Below, one piece after another: positions 32,208 to 45,618 of a stretch of DNA of 64,000 bases (position 1 is its first letter; the number at the start of each line of letters is the position of its first letter). The translations under genes and the position numbers were made by a program. The notes under the pieces were generated by a model. It was not told the origin of the DNA. It made no database searches and worked only from the letters and a program-made list of their open reading frames with translations. Source of the stretch: the human T2T-CHM13v2.0 reference genome, Homo sapiens; assembly GCA_009914755.4 (NCBI GenBank), contig CP068257.2:28320001-28384000 (forward strand), given 5' to 3'.

Positions 32208-35200
32208 TTCCTTTAAAGAATGGCTGATGGAAGATCTCCAAATACAATGCAAGTGATAACAGAAGACTGAATGGAAATTTCAGAAAAGAAAGAAAAACAA
32301 TGCTATAGGTAAAAATAAAAGTAAATAGACTATCCTCCTCATGAATTTCTTTAGTCATATTTCATGGTTAAAATAAAAGTTATAACTTTTATCATAAAAT
32401 TTATAGACAAAAACTTTATGTGGTCCCCAATGTATGTAGAAGAAATAATTAAGAAAACTGCATATAAACGGTCAGTAGGATAAAGAGATTTAAATGCAAA
32501 TAAGGTTTTTACATTTCACTCAAAGTGGTAACATGTTGAAACAAATAGGCCATGATAATGATATGTGTATATGGTTATACATAGGAAAACACTGAGAAAG
32601 CTACATAAAGCAATATACTAAAAAACATAAATAAATCAAAGTGAAACACTAAAATATTGTTCAAGGAACCCACAGGAAGGAAAGAAAAGAAACAAAAGGG
32701 TGAGAAATGGAGGGAAGAAACAAAAAACGAATAATAACATAGCAAACATAAGCCCTAATATAACAAATAATTAATTACCTTAAATGTAAATGGTATAAAT
32801 ATACCAATTAAAACAGCAGAGATTGATAAGGTGGATAAAAACAACTGTATGTTGTCTACAAGAAAGTTAATTTAAAAATAACAAACATAAGCAGGTTGAA
32901 AGTAAAATGATAAAAATAGATGTATCATACAAACATTAATAGAGAAATCAAGAGTTACTATATAATACCAGATAAAGTAGGCCTCATAGTAAAGAAAAGT
33001 ACTGTGGACAAAATGTTGCACTATAGTGATTTAAAAAAATTTATTCATCAAGAAAATATAGCAATTGCAAATGCGTATTTACCAAGCCAGAGAGTTTCAA
33101 AATAAAGATAAATCTATAATTGTAATTGGAGACTTTAATACCCAACTCTTAGCAATTTTAAAACCACTAGAAAGAAAGTCAGCAAGGATATTGAAGAACT
33201 GGGGGCCAACATTAATCAACAAGTTGCGACTGACATTTATGGAACACTTCACACAGCAGCAAAAATATACACAATATTTTCAACTGCTTATATAACATTT
33301 ACCAAGATAGAGCATATTTTGAGTCTTAGGCAATAAAAAAGACTTGAAATGATACACAGTATGTTCTTTGAACATAGTGGAATCATGGTAGATTTCAACA
33401 CCTAAAAGACAATTTAAAAATCTTCAAATACTTGAAAACTAAATAACATACTTTTAAATAATCTGCAAGCCAATGAGGAAACCTCAAAAAATGTTTAAAA
33501 ATGCATAAAAAGGAATGAAAATCATATAACATATCAATATTTATGTAATACAGCTAAAACAGTACTGAAACAGAAATCTATGTTACTAAATGTTTACATT
33601 AAAAAAGAGGAAAAGTCTCACATCAATAAGAAACTAGAAAACAAGAGGAGCAAAATAAACCCGAAAGAAGCAGAAGGAAGAAAAAAATAAAGAGCAGAAA
33701 TTCATAAAGTTGAAAGGATAAAAACAACAAAATAAACTGAAACAAAAAGATGGAACTTTGAATAAATGAAGAAAATTGATAAACTTTTACTGTTATCGAT
33801 AAAACTAGCAGCAGATAAGACATATTTTGCCACTGTCGGAAATAAAATGGAATATCTCTACATATCCTGCAGCCCTCAAAGCTGCATAAGGCTGATAAGG
33901 GAATACTAGGAACAACTTTTCATTCATCAACTCAGCAACTTACATGAAATAAAAGAATGTTTTAAAAACAAAAATTACCAAACTCGACCAAGATGAAGAT
34001 AACCAGAATAGTCCCATACTGATTAAATAATTTGAATTTGTAATTTACAAGATCCTGGAAAAGAAATTCCAGGTGATTGCACTAGAGAATTTTACCAAAG
34101 AAGAATGGACACCAAATTTACACAATTTCTTCCAGAAAATGGAAGAAGAGGGGATACTCTCTAACTCATTCTAGGAAGACAGTGTCACCCCGATACCAAA
34201 ACTAGACAAACATTACATGCAAAAGAGAGAAATGCATACAGGAACTTAGATGCAAAAATCATCAACAACATTTTAGTAAATTGAACCTGACAATATATAA
34301 GATCAATGATATACTATGACCAGAATTTATTCCAGTTATTCAAGTCTTGCCCATTACTTGAAAATCAATCAATATAACCCACCGTATCAACAGGCTAAAT
34401 TAGAAAATCCATATGATCATATCAATTAACACCCGAGAAGCATTTGACAAATGCAACACTGATTTATGCTAAAAACTCTCAGAGCAGCAGGAATAGGAGG
34501 GAACTTTCTCAGCCTCATAAGGAATGTCTACAAGTTATCAATTCTTAAAATCATATATAGGTATAACACAGTTCCTGCCAAAATTTCAGCAAGGATTTTT
34601 GTAGACATAAACAAGATTATTATAAAATGGGTACAGAAAGGGAAATGACCTAAAATAGCCAAAATATTGTTTTTTGTAAAAAAAAAGAATAAAGTAGAAG
34701 AAATCACACTTCCTAATAGTAAGGCTTACTATACAGCTACAGTAACAAAAACAATGTGATACCAGTGGAAGTACAGACTCATAGATCAGTGAAACAGAAT
34801 AGAGAACCCAGAAATAGAGCCACAAAAATATGTCCAATTAATTTTTGACAAAGGAGCAGAAGAAATTCAATGAAACAGTGATAGCCTTTTTAGTAAATGG
34901 TGTAAAAGCACTGGACATCTATAGGCAAAATCATGAACCTTAACCTATGCTTCGTATGTCATAAAAAACTAACTCAAAATGTCTCATGGGTTTAAAGATA
35001 ACACATAAAACTATAAAACTTCTAGGAACAGAAATAGGATAAAATCTTTGCAACCTAGAATTGGCAATGAATTCTTAAACTTAGCACAAAAAGTAAGATT
35101 CATAAAAATAAAAAAATCAACTGGACTTCAACAAAATTAAAATCTTTTGTTCTCAGAAAGACTCTTTAAGGAGAACGGAAAACACATTACAGGTTGGGAT

Positions 35201-37510
35201 AAAACATTTGCAAATCATGTGTCTAACAAAGGACTTGTATCTAGAATATACAGTTAGCTCTCAAAACTCAACATTCAACAATTAGAACATAGGCAAAAGA
35301 CTTGAAAATACATTTCACTGAAGAGAATGTACAGATGACAAGCATACGAAAAAATATTCAAGAACATTAGTCATTAAGAAGGTGCAAATGAAAAGCAATG
35401 TGATATCACCACACATCTATCAAAATGGCTAAAGTTAACAACAAAAAAGTGACACACCAAATTTTGGTAATTATGCAGAGAAAGTGTGTCTCTTATACGT
35501 TGGTAGTAGAATGTAAAATGTACAGCCACTCTGGAAAATAGTTTGGCAGTTGCTTTTAAAACAAAAATGAACTTACATGATCCAGAAGTTGTACTCCTGG
35601 GCATATATCCAAGTGAAATGACAACTTATCTTCATAAAGAAACTTGTATAATAGTGTTCACAGCAGCTTTATTCATGGTAGCCACACACTAAAGACAATT
35701 CAAACATCTGTCAATGGGTGAATGGTTACGTAAGTTATAGGATATTGCATCATGTAATATTATTCAGCCATGTACAAGGAGAAAACTATTGACATAAACA
35801 ACTTGGCTAAGCCTTGAGGAAATTTGTGGAGTTAAAAGAAGCCAATCTCAGAAGGATACAGACTACATAATTCCATTTATGCAACATTTGTGAAGTAAGA
35901 TAATTATAGTGATGGAGAGATTAGTGTTTGTTGGGAGTTGGAGATGGGAGGTGAGAAAGTGAATGAATCTATAGAGAGGTGACGTAAGAGAATTTGGTGT
36001 TTCAGATGCAGATAAATATCTTGATTGGGGCATTGGTTACATGAAGCGAAACATCAGAAAATTGCATAGAGCTTGGCACACACATACATACATGCACAAC
36101 TGAGTGTATATATAAACTTGTGAAATATGAATTCACTCTATGGCTTGTACCAATGTCTATTTCCTCATTTCAGTATTGTACTATAGTTATTTAAGATGTT
36201 AGCACTGGAAAAGACTGAGTGAGAGCACACAGGACCTCCATGTACATTTATTTGCAACTTTTTATGTATTTATAATTATTTCAAAAATTTTTAAAAAAAG
36301 GATAAGTAACCATAGAGGCAAAGTAAATGATCAGTAATTTGGGCATATGTAGGTGAGCAGCAGCCAATTCTACTGCTGGTTGCCGTATTGCAAGATGGTA
36401 GATTGAATAACACCTCTTTCTCTTCCTGGTCACATGAGTGTCACCCTCATTGTCTGCTCTTGAGAAATTCCTTCCCTTCACCCTCAATTACTTTCAAGTT
36501 TGCTATATTGGGATGATTTTTGATACGGTAACCTAGGTATGTTCATTCTAAGTAACATTCTCTCTACTTTCTAGACCTTTTCTTCTTCCTGCTAACTAGG
36601 GCACTGCAATATTGAGGTGTTACACCAAAAGTTCATCTCTGAACTAAGAACAACAACAAATAAATTGCTTTAATAAGAGAAATTCCAAACACAATAGCTT
36701 AAATAAAATTTTTTTTTTTCTGTTGTGATAGTTTGGCAGGCCAGGTCAGGAGGAGCAGCTCAGCTAAATGAAGAACCAGGGACCCAATTTCCTTCAGTCT
36801 TGTTCCTCCACCTGTTCCTTGAGTGCGGTTCTTTGTATGATTGTAGCTGAATTACTGCTCTGTGTTCCAGTCCCCAGAAATAAAGGGAAGGATTTTCCTT
36901 CTAAGTAAGTAATACATGGGTGGCATACATCACTTCCATGCATATAATGGAATATTATTCAGCCTTTAAAAAGAAGGACCCGGAAGTTCAAGGCTGCAGT
37001 GAGCTGTGATTGTGTCACTGAACTCCAGCCTGGGTGACAAAGCCAGACACTATCTCAAAAAAAAAGGAAGAAGAGGGAAATCATGCCATCTGCAACAACA
37101 TGGATGAACCTGGAAGAAATTATGCTTGTATGTGGATTCGAAAAAAGTTAAATTTCTAGAAACTGGAGAGTTGAATGGTGGTTTCCAGAACCTGGGAGAT
37201 GCTGTAGGGGAGGGGATGCTGGGTGGATGTATGGAAATAATGGGGAAGTAAAGTCTGAAACCTGACATACAGCACTGTGACTATAGTTAACAATATTGTG
37301 TTGTATCACTTGTAATTTGCTAACAGCAAAGATCTTAAGTGTTTGAACTATACAAACACACCCGCAAAGACAGTAACTATGTGAAGTGGTGGATATATTA
37401 ATCACCTTGAGTGTGGTGATTATTTCACAATTATACATACATCAAATCAAGTCGTATACTTTAAATATATACCTTAACTGTCAATTATACTGCAATAAAG
37501 CTGGAAAAAA
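32208..37510 (+). mobile_element. Old L1, 3' part: inter-ORF region, decayed ORF2 (endonuclease, reverse transcriptase, cysteine-rich C-terminus), 3'UTR and poly(A). Together with 29050-30783 this is a near full-length L1.
   Basis: ORF2 landmarks in order: LNVNGINIPIKTAEI (about 32790), GDFNTQL (33128-33148), an RT-domain frame around 34090-34520 (e.g. ...NTREAFDKCNTDLC..., the ISIDAEKAFDKIQHPFM motif), ...MRYHFTPIKMAKV... (about 35400), and the 3'UTR ...GTGACTATAGTTAACAATATTGTGTTGTATCACTTGTAATTTGCTAACAGCAAAGATCTTAAGTGTT...CAATAAAGCTGGAAAAAAA. The track ORFs 32920..33105, 33065..33295, 34466..34648, 35374..35604(-), 37050..37268(-) and 37148..37438(-) fall here. Confidence 0.8.
36979..37049 (+). 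mobile_element. Alu 3'-terminal fragment (about 55 bp plus A-tail) nested in the L1 3'UTR
   Basis: CCCGGAAGTTCAAGGCTGCAGTGAGCTGTGATTGTGTCACTGAACTCCAGCCTGGGTGACAAAGCCAGACACTATCTCAAAAAAAAA, flanked by L1 sequence AATGGAATATTATTCAGCCTTTAAAAAGAAGG | ... | GGAAGAAGAGGGAAATCATGCCATCTGCAACAACATGGATGAACC. Confidence 0.7.
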
Positions 37511-40500
37511 ATTATATTTTAGCAGAAAAACTAGATCCTAGGTGTCTACATTCTGTGTGTTTGGTAACTTATTATAAGAACTTCTGAAGGCCATTGAAAA
37601 GGGGATGGGATTACTTACTTAGAAGGAAATCCATTCAGGGTAAGTGAGACTGCCTCTGAGCATTTCGGAGAGGAGGCAGGCCAAGAAGTAGACAAAAGAG
37701 CATTGAGGAGGGTGGAAGAAGCCCCGCTCTTGGCCCCACCCCCGCTTTTCGTAGGAGTAAAGACGCGGGGCTAAAGGCTCCAAGGAAAGGCAGGGAACAG
37801 GTAGTGTGGCAAGGGGAACTGTAGGCAGTGAAAGCAGGGAGAGAAGAAGCATCTCTGTATCTCCACACTGGGCCTTTCCTCCACAGCATTCACATGAAGG
37901 AATGCAAAACATTGAAGCATCTGTAAGTTTGATACCCTCACAATATGGCTAAATGCCAATTCTTGGCACAGTTGGGCAATAACCTAGGAATTAAAAGGAG
38001 AGATAATAAAAGGGCAATACCCACTCAGTTGGGGTTAGTGAGTGCTATATTTCTCCAGTCTGCAATTGAGACACCTCACTACCTAGACAAGAAAAAGACA
38101 CTGCAGAGATTTATTCCTATTCTCCACCCACTTCCTTTCTACATTGGGACTCGCCCCCTCCTATATTTCATTTCTGTTTTAACTCAATAGATACGCATCA
38201 GTTTTTAAACTTTTTTACTTTTCACTGAGTTCACACATATGGAAAATATTTCAAGGTAAAAGATATGTTTTAAGTTAATTTTTAAAAATACCTATTATTA
38301 TAATAGAAGCCAATTTCTTGTCTTTGCATAAGTTATTGTCCCAGACAGTAGAGCTTGAGGGAGCTCAGAAAGATTTTTTAATAAGTAGCAAAAGTAGAAA
38401 GAAAATAAAATGGCCAGAAACCCTGGTATGTTTGCTGTAAGCCTACCTTGCAGCTTGCGCTTGCTAGCTACATTGCAAGCTCACCTAGACCACATTATGA
38501 TCACAATGTCACCATTGATGCTAACGTTCAATTCTTCTTTACAAACTTTACATGATCAAAACCACATGGGCAAAGAAGATGATGGAAGAAATTAAGTTAA
38601 AAAATTAGAAGCCACTTTTTTAAGTCACATGAAAGATAGCAGATTGGCAGAAAGCATTTGATGTTTCAGCCCCTGTAGACCTTTGTTTGAATCAATGCCA
38701 AAATAAAGACAGCACTTAGAGGATTTCAAGTTTTGTCAACTCTCTAGGAAACATAGCAAACTGCTTACTCTGCACGTAAGTTAGGAATGGAAATAAAATT
38801 ATTTAAAAAGTGTTAAGGGAAACCGTTGTATTCTGGGGTAGAATACACAATTTCAAGTTTAATTGGGAGGTCAAGGAGAAGGAAAGAAACAAACTCAAAA
38901 TATACACGTGCAGAGTGCGTTGGTTATCTTACAAATACCATCAATTCATCTCAGTCTTTTATTATAAAACATGTTGACTAAATTAATGAGAAAGATTGAG
39001 CAGTTTCTTCAAACTTCCGTGAAAGACCAAAGCATGAAAAACATACAAAGCTGAAATTCTTGTGATGTGTTGTAAAGATTTTTTCATTACTCACAAAGTA
39101 GTATGTGTAACAAGATGTCAGAGGAACCAGTTGAAGTAAATAGAAATTCAATTAAGGAAGAAAAGAATGAAAGGTTTTTAGAGAAGCAGAAAAACAAGAC
39201 TGCACATAGAAGTGTGCAGTGAAGCCTCCCTTCTCATTAAGGCAATTGGTTTACTGTCCCTGTTGTGCTTTATACTCATGCCCTCCTCAGAATACCTTGT
39301 TCACATCGTGAGTCACTGTGCACTAGCTCTGTCCATTTCTGCTTTAATCCTGTGGGTTCTTTCATTTTAAAATGACTAGTGATGCCTGGCATATTCTATC
39401 CTGACTTGTTCAAGATATCCCTGAAGAGCTCCCCTCACTAGCCACATAGCAGCATAAACTAGGGTTGTATATTCACTTATTGCTAAGATTTTAGAGGAAT
39501 TGTAATGAATTCAAGGGTAAGGCATTGCCCAATTAATTAAAGGTAATGAAAGTGAATGCAAAACACGAGAGTCGATCATCCTCATTTTACTCTTCCCCCT
39601 GGTTTCTCCTTTGAGTAGGAAAATTGGTCAGGGTACCATGACTACATCGATGCTGTTTTGTGAGTGGGAATCAGAGTATTTCTCCTCTCCTCTCACCATA
39701 GTTCCTTTCTTCATACATTAGTTTGAAGGCAGCATATTCCTGTAATAATCTGTTCCAGAAACAAGAATTAGGTATTAGGAGGAAAAAAGTGACTGCAACA
39801 GAATAGGAGGCATCACTCTGAAAAGAAAAGATTTGTTGTTTGGAGTAAGATAGAAAAAATGACATCAACAATGCATTCCAAATATTGTAATTTCCCAAAC
39901 ACTTATGTCAGATATCATTTTACACAAGTGGTTTCATATTGCTTAAAAGCTTGGTAGACAGTGAAATATGAAAACATATTCATATTCAAGTAGAGAAAGA
40001 GTAGTGTTTATGGTAACCCACACACATTCTGATTATTGGCAAACATTCATATAGATAAATCTCCCTTTTGCTTGATAATGAGTGACCATATAAAAAAATC
40101 AAAGCAAAATACAAAAGGATAAGAATCTACAGGAACAAACTGTCCAATTAAAGAATCAATGGAAGACTTTGACCTGCAGCGACAAATTGTTCAATTGATC
40201 CAATATATGTAACCGTAATCTGAAGCCTAAGAAACAGTACAGTAGAATAAATAAAAATGCTGGATTTCAGAGGAAGGACACATTTTTGAAAGTGTTCTCT
40301 TCCATGAAACCAAAGAAGATTTAAAGAACCAATTTGGCATCTTCAATAAGATGCACAGAATAGGGATTGGGCTGAACCTATGGGCATGGTGGGCTCCAAA
40401 ATCCAAGGCAGGTAGTTGTGGTTGAGACCTATGCTCCTGTAGTTAGTGTTCCCTTGCAAGTATTTCATGCAAGACGGAGACCAGAAACAAAACCATGGCC

Positions 40501-43500
40501 TGAAGTCAGGTTGTAGAGAGGCCTAAGTTACCTCTGAGAGGAAGCTGAGGCTGAAAGAAATGGAACTATGTTGTTGGCTAGACACAGTTTATAGAGTCCT
40601 CTGGGCTCAGGGAAGTAAAAGGAAAAAGGAGTCTTCTACAGTGAATTGATCTGACTTATTTTTATCACCAATGTCACTACAGAGCTGAAGCCAAAACAAG
40701 AAGGCAGGGAGAGCCCAAAGGAAAAAACAAAAGAAGAAACCCTGAAACTTCTGTCTCAAAATGACCCTGAGAGCCAAAGAACATCTATCGCTAAGAATGG
40801 CAGCCAACAAAATGAAAACTCAAAATATGAATTCACTCCAGATAAAAGTGACTTTTTTGGAAGAGTTTGACGTAGACTTTGAAATAAGCACATTCAGGAT
40901 AATCAATGAACAAAAAGTGAGCATTATAAGAGAACAAGAAAAAATAAAGAAAAAAAGACATGAAATAACTACATATCAACATAGAAAGAATCAATTTTAA
41001 ATTGTCAATAAAATTAAACAGCCTATTGAATGATTGATTAAAAATGAAGAATAAATTTAGTGTTTCCAAGATGTACTAAGAAAAATTCTAGGAAAAGAGA
41101 ATGGAGAGATTAGCCAGGAGGCTAACTTTGAAAATTATAAAAGGAGTATTTTGGGTGTTTTTGAAATGAGCAAACATTAGAATCTTCAGGTGGAATTCCC
41201 ACTATAAATACTGATCAGAGAGAAAAATATATTACTATGCTCATTAATAAGAAAATTTAAAATCACAGAAATCTTCATGGCAGAGCAGGCATAGTAGGCA
41301 TATGCAAGTCTTAGGCAAGTGTTCATTGCATAGCAAGCAGTGCACGTCTTAGCAATGCAAGTCCTCCCGAATATATCTTAGATATAATTATATAATTCCA
41401 ACCCAAATCCCAGCAGACTGTTTATCTTGGAACTTAATAAGATAATCTTACCTTCTTTATGTTGGGAAAAATGTTTCCCAAGGACTCCTTCCCTGTATGG
41501 TTCCATATTTGAGTTGTCCAAAAGAGGATTGCATGCAAAATTTGAAAGATGGGAGCAAACAAGCAGCCATTACTTTCTGAAGGTGACCATAATGAAATGC
41601 ACGGACAGACAGACACAAAAGTGCTTGTCTTTATTCTCCTATGCTTTGTGTCCAGCTCTTTTTTTTTTTTTTTCCTGGCTGATAGCCCTGGTGACCATGT
41701 GTGACTCCAGGTTACCAAACTCTTAACATGGACTCAAAGAGGTAACAGCTTCTCCATCACCTTCCTCTTCATATTCCAACTTTGGAGGTGAGATGTGTTT
41801 GGCCTCTAGGCCGATGAACTGGAAATTTCTCTTATTCTTTAGCTTCACCTACTTCAGTTATTTATTGCTGCTTATCTAGCTATTACCCTTACTCTTTCCA
41901 ACATTATTTTGCTTGCAATTGTGTGGGTAAGGAACTCAGAAAGGGCTAGGCTTGACAATTCTCCTCTCACTCAAATGGTGGTTACTAGAGTGTTCACTTG
42001 CAAATTGTTGCCACTCACTCACATATCTGGTGCCTTGGGCTCCTTCTCTCTTTATCCATGTAGCATCTCATCTTCTGAGGACTCTTCATATAGCATGGGC
42101 TTTTCACCTGATAGTCATTCTTTACATAGTAGCTGAATTCTAAGGAGCAGGAAGCAGAAGCAACCAAGCTCTCCTGGCTCCTACTACATTTTCTCTCACA
42201 GGCATTTCCCCTCTACTGTTTTGCATGTTTAATTTTGTCTTAGTATCTGTTTCAAAAAGGTTCAGGAATAGTATAGACTTCATGCCAATAAATTTGACAG
42301 CTTAGATAAAACAGACATATTCCTTGAAATACACAAAAAGGGAAAGCATGTCTAAAACACAGATGTGATAGTTAATATTGAGTGTCAACTTGAGTGGATT
42401 GAAGGATGCAAAGTATTGTCCCTGGGTGTGACTATGAGGGTGTTGCCAAAGGAGATTAACATTTGAGTCAGTGGACTGGGAAAGGCAGACCCGTCCTCAA
42501 TCTGGGTGGGCACAATCTAATCAGCTGCCAGCATGGCCAGAATAAAAGCAGGCAGAAGAACACTAAAAAACTAGACTGGCTTAGCCTCCCAGACTACATC
42601 TTTCTCCTCTGCTGGATGACTCCTGCCCTCGAACATCAGACTCCAAGTTCTTCATCTTTGGGACTTGGACTGGCTTCTCTGCTCCTCAGCTTGCAGACGG
42701 CCAATGTGGGACCTCACCTTGTGATCCTGTGAGTCAATGCTCCTTAATAAACTCCCCTTTGTGTATACATCTATCCTGTTAGTTCTGTCCCTCTAGAGAA
42801 CTCTGACGAATACAATAGATAACTTGAATGGCCCTAAATAAATAAAAAAACTTACATTCATACTTTAAAGCTATCAAAGAAAAGGACAGACACAGGTAGA
42901 TTCACAGGTGAACTCTGCCAAACATTTAAATTATGAATAATCGTTATTCTGCACATAAGGGGGGAATTCCCAACTCATTTTATAAGGCCATCATCATCTT
43001 GTTATCAAAACCAGACAACTCCACTACAAGTAGAGAAACCAGACTAATTGCCAATTAATATATACATAGAAAGTCTAAACAAAATTTTAGCAAACAGAAT
43101 CCAGAAATATACAAAAAAGATAATATTTATGATTGTTAATTTTATGTGCCAACTTGACACATAAAATTACAGAGTTCCCAGATATTTGTAAAACATTATT
43201 CTGGGTGGTGTGTCTGTGTGTTTTGGATGAGATTACCATTTACACTGATAAACTTAATAAAGAAGATTGCTCTTGCTCATCTGAGTGGGCCACATACAAT
43301 CAGTTGAAAGCCTGCATAGAACAAAAAGGCTGACCCTCCTCCAAGTAAGGATAATCCCTGCTGCCAGACTGCCTTTCAACTGGAGTATCAGTGTTTTCTT
43401 GCCTTCAGCCTTGAACTAAATCATCGGCCATTCCTAAATCTCTGTACTTCATCAGGTACTACTGTATAGATAACTCAAGTAATTTTTGTATTGTAATTCC

Positions 43501-43856
43501 AATAATTAGTTAGGCCTGACATGTAGCTCAGATAATCACCATAAGTTTTCTCTCTTCTGAAAACATTTGAGGCATACAAGATATCAGTGAAAATTCATCA
43601 CTTTTGCAGTGAACAACTACCCAATTTGTATTATGTTTCTAGTTACACTATGTACTACTCAACAATAGAGCTGATCTTTGAATATCAGAAATATACAGTG
43701 CTTTCCTTGTAGTTTTGTTATTCCATGGAACTGTAATATTCCCTGTCAAGTGTATTTTTCATCCCTGGACAGTAACTATGTCTTTAATTTCTCTCATTGG
43801 ATGTAAAAGTTTATATGTGCATGATAATGTGATATTGGCAAAAGGATTTTTTTACT

Positions 43857-43953
43857 AAGATAATTTGAAATAACTATTATATATACGCCATATAATGCTT
43901 CCACGAAGATAATTTGAATTAACTATTATATATATGCCATATAATGCTTCCAC
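43857..43953. repeat. Tandem duplication, 49-bp unit, 2 copies, about 90% identity
   Basis: AAGATAATTTGAAATAACTATTATATATACGCCATATAATGCTTCCAC / GAAGATAATTTGAATTAACTATTATATATATGCCATATAATGCTTCCAC. Confidence 0.85.
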
Positions 43954-45618
43954 TGTTTTTATTAACAACTTATTTAAATACAGAAATTTCATGATATTAC
44001 AAGGTTTCTGCACAAGAAATCACATATATCCGAAACTTGTTCAGCTGTCTACAGCAAAGATTCATTTTTCTCTTATCGTTTTGATATCCAAAATGTTACC
44101 CGGCATGTATATCAATAGCTCTGTTACTATCATATGTTGTTCTTGTTTGAACACAGGCACTTTAAACTGTTCAAATTTCAGTAAAATGGTGCCTGTCATC
44201 TACTTTTATATTTTAAGAAAACATAAATGTATTGGAACCCTTTGTTGCTGTGAAGTTGTTCCCCTACTACACGTGAAATTGAGTGTAAATATTGTGAACT
44301 ATTCAATTTAATATGGAATATTTATGAAACATACAAAATTCATATTTATGATGAGCATATTCATTCAGATCAAAGAGAAACTTTACAGGAATTGATAACT
44401 GAGTGCAATGATCACATTTGTCAGGGTCTAAATGACCAGTAGTAAGCTTGCTATTTGTGTTTGAAGTTCAACTCCCAATCTAATATCTCAGAAAACTGAA
44501 ATTTCTTTTGGAAACTATTTCACATTTTAACTCAATTTCTCCATACAACGTAGTTAGCCTCAAGCCTATATCATGGTGGGGCAAATTGATCCCATAGAAA
44601 CGACTCCATTCTGACAAAAACAAGAAGACCAAACCACTGCTTTCTAGGAATAGGCTCAGATTTTTTTAAATCAATGCTTAAAAAAGTATCAGGACCTTAA
44701 ACCAGTACCGCGCTGGGCTGGTTCCTATTGGGTTGCAAAAGTGATTGTGCAAATCTTTTCCCAACTTTATATTCAGGGACACTATGCCTGATATTGGTTG
44801 TAGTAGAAGTATTACCACTGTAGAGTTTGGCAACCGTTACAAATCATGGCTTTTAAAAAGATAAGTGTCCCACAACCCTAATCCAAGCTTCTTAGACTAG
44901 TTTTCAAAATTGAACCATTCATGGTAAATACAGAGAATGTATAAGTGATTGATTATATAAAGCAAGTACAATCACCTTTATAAGAAAGAAATGACGTATC
45001 ACAAATAACTAGCTCTTTTAGGATTGTGTCACACACCTATCCATGTGGGAATCTGAAGAGTTGATTTTATATATAGACTTGTCAACTTTGGAATAATTAG
45101 ATGCCCTATATGGCATGGTGTAGTTCATTGATTTTTCCAGAACAATGAGGTAGGTAATAAATGTGTTTAAAATTTTAAAAACTAAAGAAAGGAACATTAG
45201 CAAAACAAAAACAAAAACAAAACCACACCCTCCTTCCCTCCTTTCTAATGTGCAGGGTATTTATGGAGGAAAGTGTGGTAATTTAATTAGAATTTACTTA
45301 TTTTATAAAAATGTTCAATTCTAGAAGAAACTTTGCTTTCAACTGTGTGTAGTATGCATGAGCCATTTTCTTTTGCATTTTCAAAAGGCAAAACAGCCAG
45401 TTTAATGTTCTCCTACAAGATAAAAATCATTTGAACAACATATATCTAATCATTGTCTGACTACTCATCAACTGCAATCACGTCCTGACAACCTTACTTT
45501 ATTTCTCATCTGCTTTTAACACCACTTCCTTCACTGCTAGTCCAAGGATTGGCAAACATTTTTTTGTAAAGAATCGGATAGTATGTTAAGCTGTGTAAGC
45601 CAAGTACAGACTTTGTGA

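Noticed and set aside
40370-41420. Possible additional L1 fragment (K/E-rich frame, ORF 40761..41000)
   Set aside because: I could not align it convincingly to ORF1/ORF2 landmarks. It may be a LINE (L1/L2) or DNA-transposon remnant. The evidence is insufficient to call.
43934-44311. 125-aa ORF in AT-rich sequence
   Set aside because: Extremely AT-rich and low-complexity (I/N/F/L/K-rich). Long stop-free stretches arise by chance where TAA/TAG/TGA are depleted in one frame of AT-rich DNA. It resembles no protein family I recognise.
44738-44762. TATTGGGTTGCAAAAGTGATTGTGC resembles a MADE1/Hsmar1 terminal inverted repeat
   Set aside because: It is only about 25 bp with several mismatches and there is no partner inverted-repeat arm nearby. 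It could be a chance match or a very degraded fragment.
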